From contig NC_090350.1 of the NCBI RefSeq assembly GCF_035084215.1, forward strand, positions 29,326,001-29,390,000: 64,000 bases of DNA. The letters are read 5' to 3'. Position 1 is the stretch's first letter, and the number at the start of each line of letters is the position of its first letter. This DNA comes from Heptranchias perlo (Eukaryota). Below are positions 62,522 through 64,000 of this stretch, piece after piece. Below the pieces are notes generated by a model. That model saw only the letters and a list, made by a program, of their open reading frames with translations. It had not been told where the DNA came from and made no database searches. The translations under genes and the position numbers were made by a program.

Positions 62522-64000
62522 GGGCCCGATATTAGGAGGGCGGCGGGTTGGCTGCGGGGGGTCGACTGGGCGCGTGGGTAACACGCCCAGTGAAATCGGG
62601 GTGCTCCGCACGCAATCGCAGGCTAATTGGATCCACTTACCTTGGCTTCCGGGTTTCGCGCTGGAAAGCTGCGTAGCGGGCGGACTGCGCAGCCGCATCA
62701 TAGGCTGTCAGCTGGAGGAGCCCTATTTAAAGGGGCAGTCCTCCACTGACTGATGCTGCAGAAAATAGGCAAAATTACAGCATGGAGCAGCCCAGGGGAA
62801 AGGCTGCTCCCAGGTTTAATGATGCCTCACTCCAGGTATTATTGGATGGGGTGAGGAGGAGGGGGAGGACAGAGATCTTCTCTCCGGCGGGCGGGAGGAA
62901 GCGGCCTGCCTCTGCCACCATGGAGGCCTGGCTCGAGGTGACAGAGGAGGTCACCTGCACCACCAACATATCGCCCACCTGCATAGAGTGCAGGAGGCGC
63001 TTCAATGACCTAAGTAGGTCAGCCAAAGTGAGTACACTTACTCATTCCCCTACACTCCATCTGCCCCATCACCGCCCCCACCCCACATCTCCTTCTGCAC
63101 TGCCAACACTACTCTATCACATCACTCCTCACACCCACTCAAAGCTCATCCTCATCTTACTTGCACTTACTCACCTCGCCAGTACCCATCCCGCCACTAC
63201 CACTCAACTCAATCCTCACACAATCTCATGGCTCTATCTCATACTCACTTTCTCATGCATCTCTTTCACAGTCAGCCTCACCCAACCTGCCACTACCTGT
63301 GCTGCAGTCACAGGGCATGCATCACATATGTGCAATAGGAAGCGTAAGGCAAACATGTCATGAGCATGAAGGGGATGTACAAGGGTGTTTGAGGTTTTGT
63401 CATGGTTTTTACTTATATTTGATTTCTAATCAACTCACACCACATATTATATTGTCATCACTACTGCCACGTCTTTGCGAATCTTGTCTGGTTTGTGCAA
63501 TAATGCCCTTTCCTGAGGATCACAATGAAGACCCACAACTGATGCCGCCCATTGTGTCACTGCAGAGTGGGTGTAGGTGTATTTGCAAGGCTCTTTTGTG
63601 CAGATGATTGAGAGACGTCGGCGATGTCCCTGGTGGCACCCTGGAAGGATGCGGAGGAGAAGTTGATGAGGGCAGTGGTGACTTTGACAGCGACAGGTAA
63701 GAAGATGGTGTTCGGGCCAGCCGGGAGCAGCTCGGCATGAAGGTGGCTGCAGATGTCCACGACTACATGTCGAGTGACTCTGAGCCTTCGTGTACACTGC
63801 TGCTCAGAGAGGTCCAGGAAACTGAGCCTCGGTCTGTGGACCCTGTGGCGAGGATAGTGCCCTCTGCGACGCCTCTCTCTCTGCGGTTGCTCTCCCTCCT
63901 GCTGTGCAGGTGGATGTGTCACAGCACTGTGTTGTGGGGCTCCACGTGTCAGAGGTGGACGGCCTGGACGGCAAGGCTGATGATGCTGTTCATCCTCCTC
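62522..64000. mobile_element. Non-autonomous Harbinger, same family as 38135-40185, opposite orientation, runs off window
   Basis: TIR gggcccgatattag; Myb/SANT exon (+); truncated transposase (-, 63557 onward) with the same junction. Confidence 0.92.
62782..63027 (+). CDS. Harbinger Myb/SANT-like (trihelix) exon, open
   Basis: MEQPRGKAAPRFNDASLQVLLDGV...AWLEVTEEV...TCIECRRRFNDLSRSAK, then gtgagt; tatttaaa at 62724-62731. Confidence 0.7.

Overview
Eukaryotic, AT-rich, repeat-rich vertebrate DNA. The DeuSINE, CR1/L2, Harbinger and Penelope repertoire suggests a cartilaginous fish (inference). The window holds one spliced + strand gene, a two-doublecortin-domain DCDC2-family gene, most likely dcdc2b. 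Ten coding exons (8869-40633) can be joined in phase with GT-AG boundaries into 383 codons; the terminal exon is uncertain. RFX X-box-like motifs lie upstream. The rest is transposon landscape: PIF/Harbinger elements (one near-complete but inactivated, two copies of a shared deletion derivative, older relics, MITEs), CR1 and L2 LINE fragments, two SINE families, and four Penelope-like element (PLE) insertions. All four PLEs carry a minimal hammerhead ribozyme motif. Two are ~210-bp fold-back hairpins with target-site duplications that turn back right at the ribozyme core. One is a ~2.1-kb inverted duplication of a GIY-YIG endonuclease region nested in a Harbinger transposase. Most short ORFs in the supplied track are shadows of repeats or noise.
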